Below, piece by piece: positions 8,515 to 19,372 of a stretch of DNA of 64,000 bases. The stretch comes from an uncultured Bacteroidales bacterium (GTDB lineage: Bacteria > Bacteroidota > Bacteroidia > Bacteroidales > WCHB1-69). Where the stretch lies: positions 339 to 64,338 of the forward strand of contig CAMORT010000006.1 of assembly GCA_946624065.1 (NCBI GenBank), in the 5' to 3' direction. The first letter of the stretch is position 1. Every line of letters begins with the position of its first letter. The notes beneath the pieces are model-generated. The model was not told the DNA's origin. It saw only the letters and a list, made by a program, of their open reading frames with translations, and made no database searches. The position numbers and the translations under genes were made by a program.

Positions 8515-11121
8515 ATGACTTCTAACGAAATTCGAGCCGCATTTTTAAAATTCTTTGAGTCTAAAAATCATACAATCGTTCCCTCTGCCCCGATGGTCAT
8601 CAAAAACGACCCAACTTTGATGTTTACCAATGCGGGTATGAACCAGTTCAAGGACATCTTTCTGGGCAATAACCAGCCGGAACACCGCCGTGTGGCCGAC
8701 TCCCAAAAGTGCCTCCGTGTATCAGGCAAACACAATGACCTGGAGGAGGTGGGACGCGACACCTATCACCATACCATGTTCGAAATGCTCGGGAACTGGT
8801 CGTTTGGCGACTATTTCAAGAAGGAAGCGATTGACTATGCTTGGGAGTTTCTGACCGAAGTCATGAAATTGGACAAAGACCGCCTCTACGCTACGGTTTT
8901 TCAAGGCGATGAGAAGGATGGAACCCCCTTTGACCAAGAGGCCTACGATTTCTGGAAAACCTATTTGCCAGAAGATCGCATCCTGAAAGGCAACAAAAAG
9001 GACAACTTCTGGGAGATGGGCGAAACGGGGCCCTGCGGTCCGTGCTCCGAAATCCATATCGACCTGCGTGATGACGACGAGCGCGCCAAACTGCCGGGAC
9101 AGGAACTGGTGAACAAAGACAATCCACTGGTGATTGAGATTTGGAACCTCGTGTTCATGCAGTACAACCGCATTGCCTCCGGAGAACTTAAATTACTGGC
9201 TAACAAGCATGTGGATACCGGCATGGGATTCGAGCGCCTTTGCATGGCTGTTCAAAACAAGAAATCCAACTACGACACCGATGTCTTCCAACCCATCATT
9301 CAAAAAATTGCGCAACTCGCACAGGTGAACTATGGGGACAAGAGAGATGTGGATATTGCGCTGCGCGTGGTGGCCGACCACTTGCGCGCCATCACCTTTG
9401 CCATTGCCGACGGACAATTGCCCTCCAACACCGGTGCTGGTTATGTAATCCGCCGCATCCTCCGTCGCGCCATCCGCTACGGCTTCACATTCCTGAACTT
9501 CAAGGAACCCTTCATGCACACACTTGTGCGCGACCTCGTGGCCCAAATGGGACACCAATTCCCTGAAATCCAGAAACAGCAGACGCTGATTGAACGCATT
9601 ATCCTCGAAGAGGAACAGTCTTTCCTAAAAACTCTGGCTAAGGGTATTGCCCGTTTTGACGAATATGTGGTGAAAAATGCGGAAAAAGGCGTAGTTGACG
9701 GCGATTTCGCCTTTGAACTCTTTGACACTTACGGTTTCCCCATTGACTTGACACAACTTTTGGCTTCGGAGAAAAACCTCACCGTCGATATGGATGGTTT
9801 TCACCGCGGCTTGCAACAGCAGAAGGAACGCTCTCGCGCCGCTGCCGCCGTCGCCACCGACGACTGGGTGGAACTGATACATCAGGACACGCCTACCCAA
9901 TTTTTAGGTTACCACAACACCGAATGCGACTGTAAAATAGTGAAATTCAGAAAGGTAACAGCTAAAAACAAGACCTCCTACCAGATTGTGTTGGATCAAA
10001 CGCCATTTTACGCCGAATCAGGCGGACAGGTGGGAGATACGGGTGTTTTGGAAAGTGTGAATGAAAAGATTGTCATTTTCAACACAACAAAAGAGAACAA
10101 TCTGACCATTCATCATGCCGCTTCGGTGCCTGAAAATCCAACAGCCGATTTTACCGCCCGCATTGACACAGAAAAACGCCAAATGACGGCCAACAACCAC
10201 TCTGCCACACACTTGCTCGACCACGCCCTGCGCACAGTTCTCGGCACACATGTGGAACAGAAAGGTTCCATGGTGGCCTCCGACCGCCTGCGTTTCGATT
10301 TCTCCCACTTCTCCAAAATGACAGATGAGGAAATCGTCAAGACGGAAAAAATGGTCAACGACTTGATTCGTCAGAACCTTCCGTTGCAAGAACATGTGGA
10401 CATGCCGATTGAAGAGGCCCGCGCCAAAGGCGCTATCGCTTTGTTTGGCGAGAAATACGGCAATTTGGTACGCGTCATCCAATTCGGCAACGCCATCGAA
10501 CTTTGCGGCGGCACGCATACATCCGCAACCGGCAATATCGGTTTCTTCAAAATCGTGTCCGAAGGCGCCGTGGCCGCCGGTGTGCGCCGTATTGAAGCCG
10601 TGACCGGAACAGCAGCAGAAGAGATTGTCTATGGCCAACAGAACCTCATCAAGAACATGAAAGAGATGCTGGGTTCCAACAATATCGAACAAGCCATCCA
10701 AAAACTCAACGACGACAATGCCGCTTACCGCAAGAAAATCGAAGAATTTGAAAAACAGCAAGTGGTGAATTTCTGCAAGGAATTGGAACAAGAGACACAG
10801 GATATTAATGGCGTGCAGGTGCTCTCCAAAATCACCGGTTTCGGACCCGATATTCTGCGCAACGCCGCCTTCCAACTGCGAAATGCCGCTAACCGCATTG
10901 TGGTGTTAGGCAGCGTATTCGACAACAAACCGAATTTGGTGGTAGCCATTTCCGACGACCTGCTTGGCAGATTTGAAGCGCCGAAGATTGTGCGTGCCGT
11001 AGGCAAACTCATCCAAGGCGGCGGTGGTGGACAACCTTCCCTCTCCACAGCCGGCGGAAAGAATCCGGATGGACTCCCCGACGCCATGGCTGAAGTGCTG
11101 AAACTGATTGCTGAAAACTAA
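8515..11121 (+). CDS. alaS: Alanine--tRNA ligase
   Basis: DPTLMFTNAGMNQFK, HHTMFEMLGNWSFGDYFK, NHSATHLL, ELCGGTH and the GGGGG C-Ala domain. Confidence 0.99.
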   Translation: MTSNEIRAAFLKFFESKNHTIVPSAPMVIKNDPTLMFTNAGMNQFKDIFLGNNQPEHRRVADSQKCLRVSGKHNDLEEVGRDTYHHTMFEMLGNWSFGDYFKKEAIDYAWEFLTEVMKLDKDRLYATVFQGDEKDGTPFDQEAYDFWKTYLPEDRILKGNKKDNFWEMGETGPCGPCSEIHIDLRDDDERAKLPGQELVNKDNPLVIEIWNLVFMQYNRIASGELKLLANKHVDTGMGFERLCMAVQNKKSNYDTDVFQPIIQKIAQLAQVNYGDKRDVDIALRVVADHLRAITFAIADGQLPSNTGAGYVIRRILRRAIRYGFTFLNFKEPFMHTLVRDLVAQMGHQFPEIQKQQTLIERIILEEEQSFLKTLAKGIARFDEYVVKNAEKGVVDGDFAFELFDTYGFPIDLTQLLASEKNLTVDMDGFHRGLQQQKERSRAAAAVATDDWVELIHQDTPTQFLGYHNTECDCKIVKFRKVTAKNKTSYQIVLDQTPFYAESGGQVGDTGVLESVNEKIVIFNTTKENNLTIHHAASVPENPTADFTARIDTEKRQMTANNHSATHLLDHALRTVLGTHVEQKGSMVASDRLRFDFSHFSKMTDEEIVKTEKMVNDLIRQNLPLQEHVDMPIEEARAKGAIALFGEKYGNLVRVIQFGNAIELCGGTHTSATGNIGFFKIVSEGAVAAGVRRIEAVTGTAAEEIVYGQQNLIKNMKEMLGSNNIEQAIQKLNDDNAAYRKKIEEFEKQQVVNFCKELEQETQDINGVQVLSKITGFGPDILRNAAFQLRNAANRIVVLGSVFDNKPNLVVAISDDLLGRFEAPKIVRAVGKLIQGGGGGQPSLSTAGGKNPDGLPDAMAEVLKLIAEN

Positions 11122-11675
11122 TCGTAAAAACTGAAATTCAGTTCTTTCATCAACTCCTTGGTGCGATCTGTAACAATGGGGGCCAGCAAGAAACGCACGA
11201 TTTCTTCCTGCTCCTCATTCGAAAATGGATAGTGGGCAATATTGTTTACAACAAACATTGCATACAAATGGCTGCTTACATCTTCCTTGAACTGATAGTG
11301 ATTGATGCCTTTTTGTATGATCTCCCCTAAAATAGAAACTAATGGACATTCTGAAGACAATAAAAGACCGCTCTGCTGCACATATTGATATAGGTGCTTT
11401 TCCTTGCTTCGGATAAAGTGTATCTCATACCCGAACTGCAACAATTCTTCCACAGCATGGTTGCACTGCATCGTTTTTTCATGAAAACGCTCCCGGATAT
11501 TGTCAAACCAGAATTTAACGACCATCCAAACCGAGTTTTCCTTGCTCTTATAACGGTTGAAAAAGGTTTTCCGGCTTATAGACATTCCTTCCACAATCTC
11601 GTCCGTGCTGTGGTTGAACCCATTATTTTTATAATATTGGAATAAATCCTCTACTTTTTTATCAACTTTCTGCAT
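11118..11675 (-). CDS. TetR/AcrR family transcriptional regulator
   Basis: N-terminal HTH GFNHSTDEIVEGMSISRKTFFNRYKSKE. Confidence 0.75.
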   Translation of the reverse strand: MQKVDKKVEDLFQYYKNNGFNHSTDEIVEGMSISRKTFFNRYKSKENSVWMVVKFWFDNIRERFHEKTMQCNHAVEELLQFGYEIHFIRSKEKHLYQYVQQSGLLLSSECPLVSILGEIIQKGINHYQFKEDVSSHLYAMFVVNNIAHYPFSNEEQEEIVRFLLAPIVTDRTKELMKELNFSFYD

Positions 11676-11687
11676 AATGGATTTTCT

Positions 11688-12620
11688 TTACTCGATTAAA
11701 AAAGAACGAATCTTGTTATCATTTAATCCCCTGATATCCATGGCTTCAACAGGTTTGCCGTCTTTTACAAGCACATAGGTTGGAAATTGGCCTGAAACCA
11801 ACTGTATTGCTTCAATCGGACTTATTTTGGCATAGCGGAAATGTGTCGCATCCGTCTCTTCCTTGAACTTTTGAATCGATTCGTCACCTCCCCAAATGAT
11901 GAAAACGACCTTGTTGGTGTCCAATTGGTTGTTCTCCACCATAGTGTTAATCTTTTTCGCACTCAGTTTGCAATACTTGCACCCTGAAGCCAAATATCCC
12001 AGCACATAATTGCCCTCCTGGATGTTAAGAGATTGAGCGACAGAATCTTGCATAAATTGTTCGAATGATTTTTCATTTACATTGTTATCCGACTTTTTGA
12101 AAAGATTGTAGGTCGCATCCGTAGGGAAAAGAATAAAAGGCACACCCAACGCCAATACCGCAAGAACAATGCCTACCGCCTTTTTCCCTTTGAATTGGTA
12201 ATCCTCCTCTTTTCGTATAAAAAACAGTAAAACAATGGTAATCAGATTTTTGATAATGGAATATGCGGGATTGAGTTCCACAAGATCACCCATGCAGTGA
12301 CAATTGCTGTCCTGACGGAAAATAGCCACATATACCAAAAAGAATGTGAAACCAACCAACATCAACAGAGTAAGCCACCATGTGGGCTTATAGAGGATTT
12401 TGGCAATCAGAAACGCACCCACCAGCAACTCGGCTGCAATGACCAGACGGGCAATGATGGCACACAAGTTGAAACTGAAAATATTGAAACTGTAAATGTA
12501 TATTTCAAAACTGTCCAAAGAAAGCAGTTTCAATATGGCTGTAGTGATAAAAAAAGCGCCAATCAGAATTCGGAGAATGAATTTCACTACGATGGCGGCG
12601 GAAATATTGTGTTCTTTCAT
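11688..12620 (-). CDS. DoxX/MauE-like membrane protein with C-terminal thioredoxin-like domain
   Basis: TM helices with ELLVG and NCHCMG, then a soluble domain with CKYC. Start set at MKEHN, downstream of a -7 box. Confidence 0.75.
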   Translation of the reverse strand: MKEHNISAAIVVKFILRILIGAFFITTAILKLLSLDSFEIYIYSFNIFSFNLCAIIARLVIAAELLVGAFLIAKILYKPTWWLTLLMLVGFTFFLVYVAIFRQDSNCHCMGDLVELNPAYSIIKNLITIVLLFFIRKEEDYQFKGKKAVGIVLAVLALGVPFILFPTDATYNLFKKSDNNVNEKSFEQFMQDSVAQSLNIQEGNYVLGYLASGCKYCKLSAKKINTMVENNQLDTNKVVFIIWGGDESIQKFKEETDATHFRYAKISPIEAIQLVSGQFPTYVLVKDGKPVEAMDIRGLNDNKIRSFLIE

Positions 12621-12654
12621 TAAGATATATTTTAAAAAATGCAAAAATACTATT

Positions 12655-14394
12655 TTATTCGTTGAGAATGCCTTTCGGTATTGCAGACAGCAGCTTTTGA
12701 GTGTACTCCGTCTGCGGGCGGTCACAGATGTCATCCGCATCACCCATCTCCACGATACGGCCGTTTTGCATCACCACAATTCTGTCCGACATGAAACGAA
12801 CGACAGAAAGATCATGGGAGATGAAAATATAGGTGAAATGATACTCTTCTTTCAGCTCATTGAGCAGATTCAGCACCTGGGCTTGCACCGACACATCCAA
12901 AGCGGACACGGACTCATCGCAAATGATGAATCTCGGATTCACCGCCAAGGCACGCGCGATGGATATGCGCTGGCGCTGACCGCCGGAGAATTCGTGCGGA
13001 TAACGGTAAAAGTGCGATTCGTCCAAATTCACACGCTCCAACAGGGCTACCGCCTTCCGTTTACGCTCCTTGTCATTGCTCCCGATATTGTGTACACGCA
13101 TAGGTTCCATCAATGCGTCACCAATTGTAAGTCGTTGGTTTAAAGAAGAATATGGGTCTTGTAGAATAATCTGCAAATCCTTGCGCATCTGACGCATCTG
13201 CGACATGGACAACGACATCAGATTGGTGCCCTTGTAATACACTTCGCCCGAAGTGGGTTCAATCAACCGAATCATGCTTCGCCCCAAAGTGGTTTTCCCG
13301 CACCCTGACTCGCCTACCAAACCTAGTGTTTCTCCTTCGTAAACCTCCAGATTGATATCCTGTAACGCATTCACATACTGTCTTTTCTCAAACAATTTGC
13401 GTTTGCGTACCGGATATTGTTTGCTGAGATGCTGAACCGTGATAATCGGCTTTTCAGCGTATAATGTTTGATGAAACTGTTTACGCTCTTCAGGGGTTAC
13501 CATAAGATCCCCCACCATCTGGGACATGTTTACCGTTTGGTTCCGCATGAAATCATCCACCGTAGGCAACTTCTTCAGGCGGGTTTTCATAGAGGGTCTG
13601 CACGCCAGAAGGCCTTGTGTGTAAGGGTGTTGCGGATTCAGGAAAATTTTGCGGATATCGCCGTGCTCCACCACTTTCCCCTTATACAAAACCAGCACTT
13701 GGTCGGCAATTTCAGCCACCACGCCTAAATCGTGCGTGATGAAAAGCACACTCATGCCATGCTTGCGCTGCAGTTTCCTGATCAGTTCCAGAATGCCTTT
13801 CTGAACCGTGACATCCAGGGCAGTGGTGGGTTCGTCGGCAATCAGCAGGTCGGGCTGGCAACTCATGGCCATGGCAATCATCACACGCTGCTTCTGCCCG
13901 CCTGACAATTCGTGCGGATAAGAATTGAAGATCTGCTCCGGACGCGGCAGCATCACCTCCTTAAACAACTCTATCACATGCTGTTTCGCCGCTTCTTTGG
14001 TTTGGGTTGTGTGCAGCAGAATCTGCTCTGTAATCTGCTCACCACAACGGATGACCGGATTCAGTGAGGTCATCGGCTCCTGAAAAATCATGCCGATTTT
14101 GTTTCCACGCAAATGACGCATGGTCTTCTCCGGACAATTCACCAGGTTAATGGGTTTTTCAGCTTCAGGGTTGTCATAAAAGAGAATCTCACCTTTCGGA
14201 TAACGGGCAATTTCGGGATTAAGCAACTGCATAACCGACAGAGCGGTAACGGATTTGCCCGACCCGGACTCACCTACAATACCCAATGTTTCGCCTTTCC
14301 CAAGGCAAAAACTAACCTCGTGCAAGATGGATTTCCAGTTGCCATCCTGCTTGAGATCCAAGGATAAACCCGATATTTCCAATAGATTCTCCAT
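12655..14394 (-). CDS. Dual-domain peptide ABC transporter ATP-binding protein
   Basis: GESGSGKS and GESGCGKT Walker A motifs, LSGGQKQR and FSGGQRQR signatures, HPYTQGLL. Confidence 0.95.
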   Translation of the reverse strand: MENLLEISGLSLDLKQDGNWKSILHEVSFCLGKGETLGIVGESGSGKSVTALSVMQLLNPEIARYPKGEILFYDNPEAEKPINLVNCPEKTMRHLRGNKIGMIFQEPMTSLNPVIRCGEQITEQILLHTTQTKEAAKQHVIELFKEVMLPRPEQIFNSYPHELSGGQKQRVMIAMAMSCQPDLLIADEPTTALDVTVQKGILELIRKLQRKHGMSVLFITHDLGVVAEIADQVLVLYKGKVVEHGDIRKIFLNPQHPYTQGLLACRPSMKTRLKKLPTVDDFMRNQTVNMSQMVGDLMVTPEERKQFHQTLYAEKPIITVQHLSKQYPVRKRKLFEKRQYVNALQDINLEVYEGETLGLVGESGCGKTTLGRSMIRLIEPTSGEVYYKGTNLMSLSMSQMRQMRKDLQIILQDPYSSLNQRLTIGDALMEPMRVHNIGSNDKERKRKAVALLERVNLDESHFYRYPHEFSGGQRQRISIARALAVNPRFIICDESVSALDVSVQAQVLNLLNELKEEYHFTYIFISHDLSVVRFMSDRIVVMQNGRIVEMGDADDICDRPQTEYTQKLLSAIPKGILNE

Positions 14395-14395
14395 T

Positions 14396-14438
14396 TTAGG
14401 CGGCAAAGATACACCTTTTTCGTATCTTTGCCGCCTAA
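14396..14438. promoter_or_regulatory. Palindromic divergent promoter pair (two TATCTTTG -7 boxes in a 17-bp perfect inverted repeat)
   Basis: ttaggcggcaaagatac-acctttttc-gtatctttgccgcctaa between divergent genes. Confidence 0.75.
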
Positions 14439-14451
14439 TTCAGCAACAATA

Positions 14452-15231
14452 ATGCGATACTTTATTCACTTGGCTTATAACGGGACCGCCTACTTCGGTT
14501 GGCAAATCCAACCCGAGCACCCTTCGGTGCAAGAGACACTGGAAAAGTGCCTGTCGCTGCTGTTGCACCACGACCGCATTGCCATAACGGGTTGCGGTCG
14601 CACCGACACCGGTGTCCACGCCGCCTCCTTCTACGCCCATTTTGATGTGGAAAATGCCTTTTCTCCCACCGAATGCGAACGGATTAAAAACCAACTCAAC
14701 AATTTTCTACCCAAAGACATTGTCATTTTCCGTCTTTTTGCCGTAAAAGGCACCGCACACGCTCGTTTTGATGCCGAAAGTCGTACATATCAATATTTTA
14801 TCGCCACCAAGAAGGACCCTTTCACCTACTCGCAACGCTTCTTCTATCACCGCCATCTGAATCTTGACTTGATGAATCAGGCCGCGGATATTCTGAAAAA
14901 AAATGAGGATTTCACCAGTTTTTCCAAAGTCCATACGCAAGTCAACAACTTCATTTGCCATATTTCTGAAGCATTCTGGGAAATGAAAGGCGATGATCTG
15001 GTTTTCACCATCACAGCCAACCGCTTTCTGCGCAATATGGTACGCGCCATTGTGGGCACACTGCTCGATGTGGGGTTGGAAAAACTGACCTTGGAGGATT
15101 TTCAAAATATCATTGAACAAAAAAACCGGTGCGAAGCAGGCATTTCCGCACCTGCCCACGCACTATTTTTGACAGATGTTCGTTATAACTGGAATGAAAT
15201 ACTACCGGACAATGAAGAAACTGATAGATAA
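14452..15231 (+). CDS. truA: tRNA pseudouridine(38-40) synthase
   Basis: YNGTAYFGWQIQP, GCGRTDTGVHA and ANRFLRNMVRAIVG. Confidence 0.97.
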   Translation: MRYFIHLAYNGTAYFGWQIQPEHPSVQETLEKCLSLLLHHDRIAITGCGRTDTGVHAASFYAHFDVENAFSPTECERIKNQLNNFLPKDIVIFRLFAVKGTAHARFDAESRTYQYFIATKKDPFTYSQRFFYHRHLNLDLMNQAADILKKNEDFTSFSKVHTQVNNFICHISEAFWEMKGDDLVFTITANRFLRNMVRAIVGTLLDVGLEKLTLEDFQNIIEQKNRCEAGISAPAHALFLTDVRYNWNEILPDNEETDR

Positions 15232-16672
15232 ACTGTTTGTTATTCTGCTACTTATCCCTTTGGTATTCGGCGCGCTCTCCTTCTCCGGCTGCCATAGGGG
15301 GGCCTATAATGAAGATGCAAAACTTGTCTTTTCTTCGGATACGGTTATGTTTGACACCATCTTCACGACCATCTCCTCCGTCACCCGCAGCTTCACTGTC
15401 ACCAATCCGAGTCCGGATCCTGTAAAACTGGACATTTATCTCGCTGGCGGCGACCAATCCTATTATAGCATCAATGTGGATGGCGTTGCCGGAAAAGAAT
15501 TCCATGATGTGGTAATTCCCGCCCACGACAGCATTTTCGTTTTCGTGAAAGTGACCATCAACCCCACCAATCAGAACACGCCTTATCTGGTCACCGATTC
15601 GGTGCTGTTTTACAACACACAGCGCAAACAGGCCGTGCAACTGGTGGCTTTTGGGCAGGATGCGCATTTCATCCTGCCTGATCACCTAAATCCCAACATG
15701 CCTTATCGAATCGTCGCACACGAGCATGAGCATGTGCACTGGACCAACGACAAACCATGGGTAATCTATGGTTGGGCGGTGGTGGATTCGCTGGGCAAAC
15801 TGACCGTGGATCCCGGCACACAAGTCTATGTCCACCATGGAGGCGGCATCTGGGTGTATCGCTACGGCAATATCCAGGTGAACGGCACTTTCGATGAACC
15901 GGTCCTCTTTGCCGGCGACCGGCGCGAATCCTTCTATGCCAACGACTACGAACAGTGGAGCCGTATCCTGATCAATGAGGGAACCGAAGACAACATCATT
16001 AATAACGCCATTATCACCAACTCCTCCACAGGCATTGAGGTGTCCGCACTGATGGAATATCTTGGAAACAAGACTGTTATAAACAACTCCATCATCCATA
16101 ACAACAAATACTACGGGGTGGCCGCCCAAAGCGCCGATGTGGAGATGAACAACTGCCAAATTAGCAACAATGGAAGTTACAGCGTTGTCTTGCAAGTGGG
16201 TGATTTCGTATTGAACCATGTCACAATCGCCAATTTTTACTCCCAAGCGGCGCGAAAAGAACAGGCATTCGGACTCAGCAACCACTATACTAAAAACGAC
16301 ACCCGATATATCGGCAACACAAACTTCACTTGCAACAACTCCATTATCTATGGTAGTATCCTTGAGGATGAAATCATCACTTCAGCATTCGAAGGAGTGG
16401 ATCTGAATTATCATTTCTACAACTGCCTTGTGAAAAAAGAGCAATTGGATGCCCATTATACGAACTGCATGAACTATAAAGATCCTCTATTTGTATCCAA
16501 TTACGGCCAAAATTATAACCTGAAAGAAGATTCTCCGGCAATTGATGCGGGAAGAACCGGCCTGAACATCAATACGGACATATTAGGCAGATTACGGAAC
16601 GGAATACCCGATATCGGCGCCTATGAATACTATCCGGCACCTGATGAGAAACGACTTTCCCGTTTCCGTTAA
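15212..16672 (+). CDS. Lipoprotein with Ig-like and right-handed beta-helix domains (choice-of-anchor Q-like tail)
   Basis: Lipobox FSGC, FSSDTVMFDTIFT and C-terminal SPAIDAG...PDIGAYE. Confidence 0.75.
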   Translation: MKKLIDKLFVILLLIPLVFGALSFSGCHRGAYNEDAKLVFSSDTVMFDTIFTTISSVTRSFTVTNPSPDPVKLDIYLAGGDQSYYSINVDGVAGKEFHDVVIPAHDSIFVFVKVTINPTNQNTPYLVTDSVLFYNTQRKQAVQLVAFGQDAHFILPDHLNPNMPYRIVAHEHEHVHWTNDKPWVIYGWAVVDSLGKLTVDPGTQVYVHHGGGIWVYRYGNIQVNGTFDEPVLFAGDRRESFYANDYEQWSRILINEGTEDNIINNAIITNSSTGIEVSALMEYLGNKTVINNSIIHNNKYYGVAAQSADVEMNNCQISNNGSYSVVLQVGDFVLNHVTIANFYSQAARKEQAFGLSNHYTKNDTRYIGNTNFTCNNSIIYGSILEDEIITSAFEGVDLNYHFYNCLVKKEQLDAHYTNCMNYKDPLFVSNYGQNYNLKEDSPAIDAGRTGLNINTDILGRLRNGIPDIGAYEYYPAPDEKRLSRFR

Positions 16673-16674
16673 GA

Positions 16675-17232
16675 TCAGTATCCCAAGAGTATCTTCACTC
16701 CCAGCAAAATCAGAATAACACCACCAATGATTTCCGCCACATGCGCTTTCACATGCTTGCGCAGGCGACGGGTGAGGTAATACCCGACTAGTGAAGCGCC
16801 GAAGGAGACTATTCCGATGAGAAACAAAGCCACCCCGATGCGCACATCCTGCATCATGGAGAAACTGAATCCTACCGCCAACGCGTCAATGCTGGTGGCC
16901 ACCGACAACAGCAAAACCGTACCGATGCGGGTCATGTCCACCTTGGAATCAGACTCATCGTGACGAATACCCTCCACGATCATTTTCACACCAATAAAAG
17001 CCAGAATACCAAAGGCGATCCAGTTTGTGAAACGGTCCAGGTATTGGATAACCATCTCACCGCCCAACCAACCCAACAATGGCATAAGCGCTTGGAAAAA
17101 ACCGAAACAGAAAGCAAAAAACAGGACATTCTTCGGCTTTAAGTTCGGCTGCAGGGCTCCGGCGGAACAACTGACAGCAAAACAGTCCATGGCCAAACTT
17201 ACCGCCAACAAAAAAAGTGAAAAAAAGCCCAT
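16675..17232 (-). CDS. mntP: Manganese efflux pump MntP family
   Basis: SLAMDCFAVS, FGFFQALMPLLGW and ATSIDALAVG. Confidence 0.9.
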   Translation of the reverse strand: MGFFSLFLLAVSLAMDCFAVSCSAGALQPNLKPKNVLFFAFCFGFFQALMPLLGWLGGEMVIQYLDRFTNWIAFGILAFIGVKMIVEGIRHDESDSKVDMTRIGTVLLLSVATSIDALAVGFSFSMMQDVRIGVALFLIGIVSFGASLVGYYLTRRLRKHVKAHVAEIIGGVILILLGVKILLGY

Positions 17233-17341
17233 TTTTTTTAGTTTTTATAATTATTTTTGCCCTGCTTGAAAAGAGATGCAAAAGTAATAAAAACTGACAC
17301 TTACAGATAATAAAACAAACATTTTTGCGTTTTTTAACACT

Positions 17342-18076
17342 ATGTTTTTAGTAATTGACATCGGAAACACCAATCAAAAGGCGGCTTTGTTCGACGACAA
17401 GGGATGCCAAATTTCATTCATACAACAGATAACGCTTACTGTCAGCGACTTGCAGACACTGATTGGTCAGCACAATCTTCATTCGGCAATTCTGTCCTCC
17501 GTAGGCAATATGGACAGCACTGTACTCAACTGGCTCGAGCACCAGGTTCGTCTGATTCAGTTCTCCACCAATCTTCCGTTGCCCCTTCAAATCCAATACG
17601 AGTCCGCCGGCACTCTTGGCACCGACCGCATCGCTTGTGCCGTGGCCGCCAATGCGATGTTCCCCAATCAAAATGTACTGTCCATCCAAGCCGGCACCTG
17701 CCTGGTTACCGATTTTGTGGATTCAACAAACACCTATCTGGGCGGATCCATCTCACCCGGACTCCAGATGCGCTTCCATGCTTTGCACGAACACACGGCA
17801 CATCTGCCACTTCTTGAACCTCAAACAATCAACTCTTTCACGGGAAATTCTACCCAAAACTCCATTTTATCGGGTGTTATTAACGGACTCTCCTGCGAAA
17901 TAGATGGTTTTATAGGCCATTACCTCACACATTATCCCGACACAGTGACGATTTTAACAGGTGGCGACGCGCCTCTCCTTCAGAATTACATAAAAAATCG
18001 TATATTTGCCGCCCCTAATTTAGTACTACAGGGATTGTATAAAATCTTAAGGTATAATACGGATGACCTATCTTAA
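17342..18076 (+). CDS. coaX: Type III pantothenate kinase
   Basis: IDIGNT, LGTDR, GGSISPG, ILTGGDA and PNLVLQGL. Confidence 0.95.
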   Translation: MFLVIDIGNTNQKAALFDDKGCQISFIQQITLTVSDLQTLIGQHNLHSAILSSVGNMDSTVLNWLEHQVRLIQFSTNLPLPLQIQYESAGTLGTDRIACAVAANAMFPNQNVLSIQAGTCLVTDFVDSTNTYLGGSISPGLQMRFHALHEHTAHLPLLEPQTINSFTGNSTQNSILSGVINGLSCEIDGFIGHYLTHYPDTVTILTGGDAPLLQNYIKNRIFAAPNLVLQGLYKILRYNTDDLS

Positions 18077-19337
18077 AAAGTTTTTTCTTTTATTGATAAT
18101 CCTTTGCGGGTTGTTTTCTTCTTATGCGCAGAATGAGATCAGCAACCCCTATTCCGGTTTTGGCATCGGCATAATCAACAAGTATTCCAATGCCATTCTT
18201 GACGGAATGGGTGGTGTTTCTTACGCCATGCAGAATCCGTATTACATCAATTTCCGAAATCCCGCGTCATACGCCGCCTTCGATTCGCTCTCGTTTGTGG
18301 GCGATGCCGCCGCTTCCATCTACTCCTCCACTCTTGCAGAGGGATCCCTGATTCAAAAAAACTCCTTTGCCCGCGCCAGTTACATCGCAATCGGCCTGCC
18401 CGTTACCCGCCACTGGCGGACTAGTGTGGGACTCGTTCCCTTCAGCACAGTGGGCTACAACATTGAAAACACCCGACTCATTGAAAATGTGGGCAATGTA
18501 ACATACAACTACTCGGCAAAAGGCGGACTCAACCAACTCTATTGGGGTAACGCCTTCAAAATCTGCAAAGGATTCTCCATAGGACTGAACGCCTCCTATA
18601 TGTTCGGCACTATCTACAACATCCAAAACACCAGCTTCGACGGAACCAACTTCTACAATTCCCTCATCAATGACTCCTATCACCTTGACGGCATTCATAT
18701 GACCGGTGGTTTGCAGTATGTCTTCCGCGTGAAAGAGAACCATAAAATCGGATTGGGAGCCGTGTATGGCAACACTGTCCATATTTGGGCCAAAGAAAAA
18801 TTGATAATCAACTATTACCAAGGCACTTACAGCACCGTTACCACTTATGACACCATGTATTACAATGATAACGTGCGCAGCAGTCTCAACATTCCCCAAT
18901 CCGTTGGCGGAGGCGTGAGTTACTCCTACAAGGACAAACTCCTCGTGGCCGCTGATGTGACTTGGAATAACTGGAAAAATTACAAGTTCTTCGACCATAC
19001 AGACTCTTTGAAAAACTCCATAACCGCCTCTTTAGGCGCCCAATTCACCCCTGACCCGCTCTCCAACAAGTTCTTCAAAAAGATGAACTTCCGCATCGGA
19101 GCCAAATATTCCACGGGTGAATTGTTGCTCCGCTCTAAACCTATCGACGAATTTGGAGTCAGTTTGGGCGTTGGAATTCCATTGAACTCGTTCAATACGC
19201 ACTCCTCTATCAACCTCACTTTCGAATATGGAAAACTCGGCACTCTCATCAACAATCTTGTCCGCCAGAACTACTTCAGGTTTACCGTCAACTTCATCCT
19301 GCAGGAAAAATGGTATCAAAGAATGAAAATTGAATAA
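18063..19337 (+). CDS. Outer-membrane beta-barrel protein (FadL-like, conserved next to coaX)
   Basis: NPYSGFGIG, NPASYA, GLVPFSTVGY and GGLNQLYWG. Confidence 0.75.
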   Translation: MTYLKKFFLLLIILCGLFSSYAQNEISNPYSGFGIGIINKYSNAILDGMGGVSYAMQNPYYINFRNPASYAAFDSLSFVGDAAASIYSSTLAEGSLIQKNSFARASYIAIGLPVTRHWRTSVGLVPFSTVGYNIENTRLIENVGNVTYNYSAKGGLNQLYWGNAFKICKGFSIGLNASYMFGTIYNIQNTSFDGTNFYNSLINDSYHLDGIHMTGGLQYVFRVKENHKIGLGAVYGNTVHIWAKEKLIINYYQGTYSTVTTYDTMYYNDNVRSSLNIPQSVGGGVSYSYKDKLLVAADVTWNNWKNYKFFDHTDSLKNSITASLGAQFTPDPLSNKFFKKMNFRIGAKYSTGELLLRSKPIDEFGVSLGVGIPLNSFNTHSSINLTFEYGKLGTLINNLVRQNYFRFTVNFILQEKWYQRMKIE

Positions 19338-19372
19338 TCACCGAAGAAATTAACTCTTAAAACAATACAGAA

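Noticed and set aside
11688-12743. Extended N-termini in the ORF track (also 6239, 22149, 24074, 36454, 39168, 53940 and 59024)
   Set aside because: The extensions run through promoter boxes or neighbouring genes; downstream ATGs fit the protein families better.
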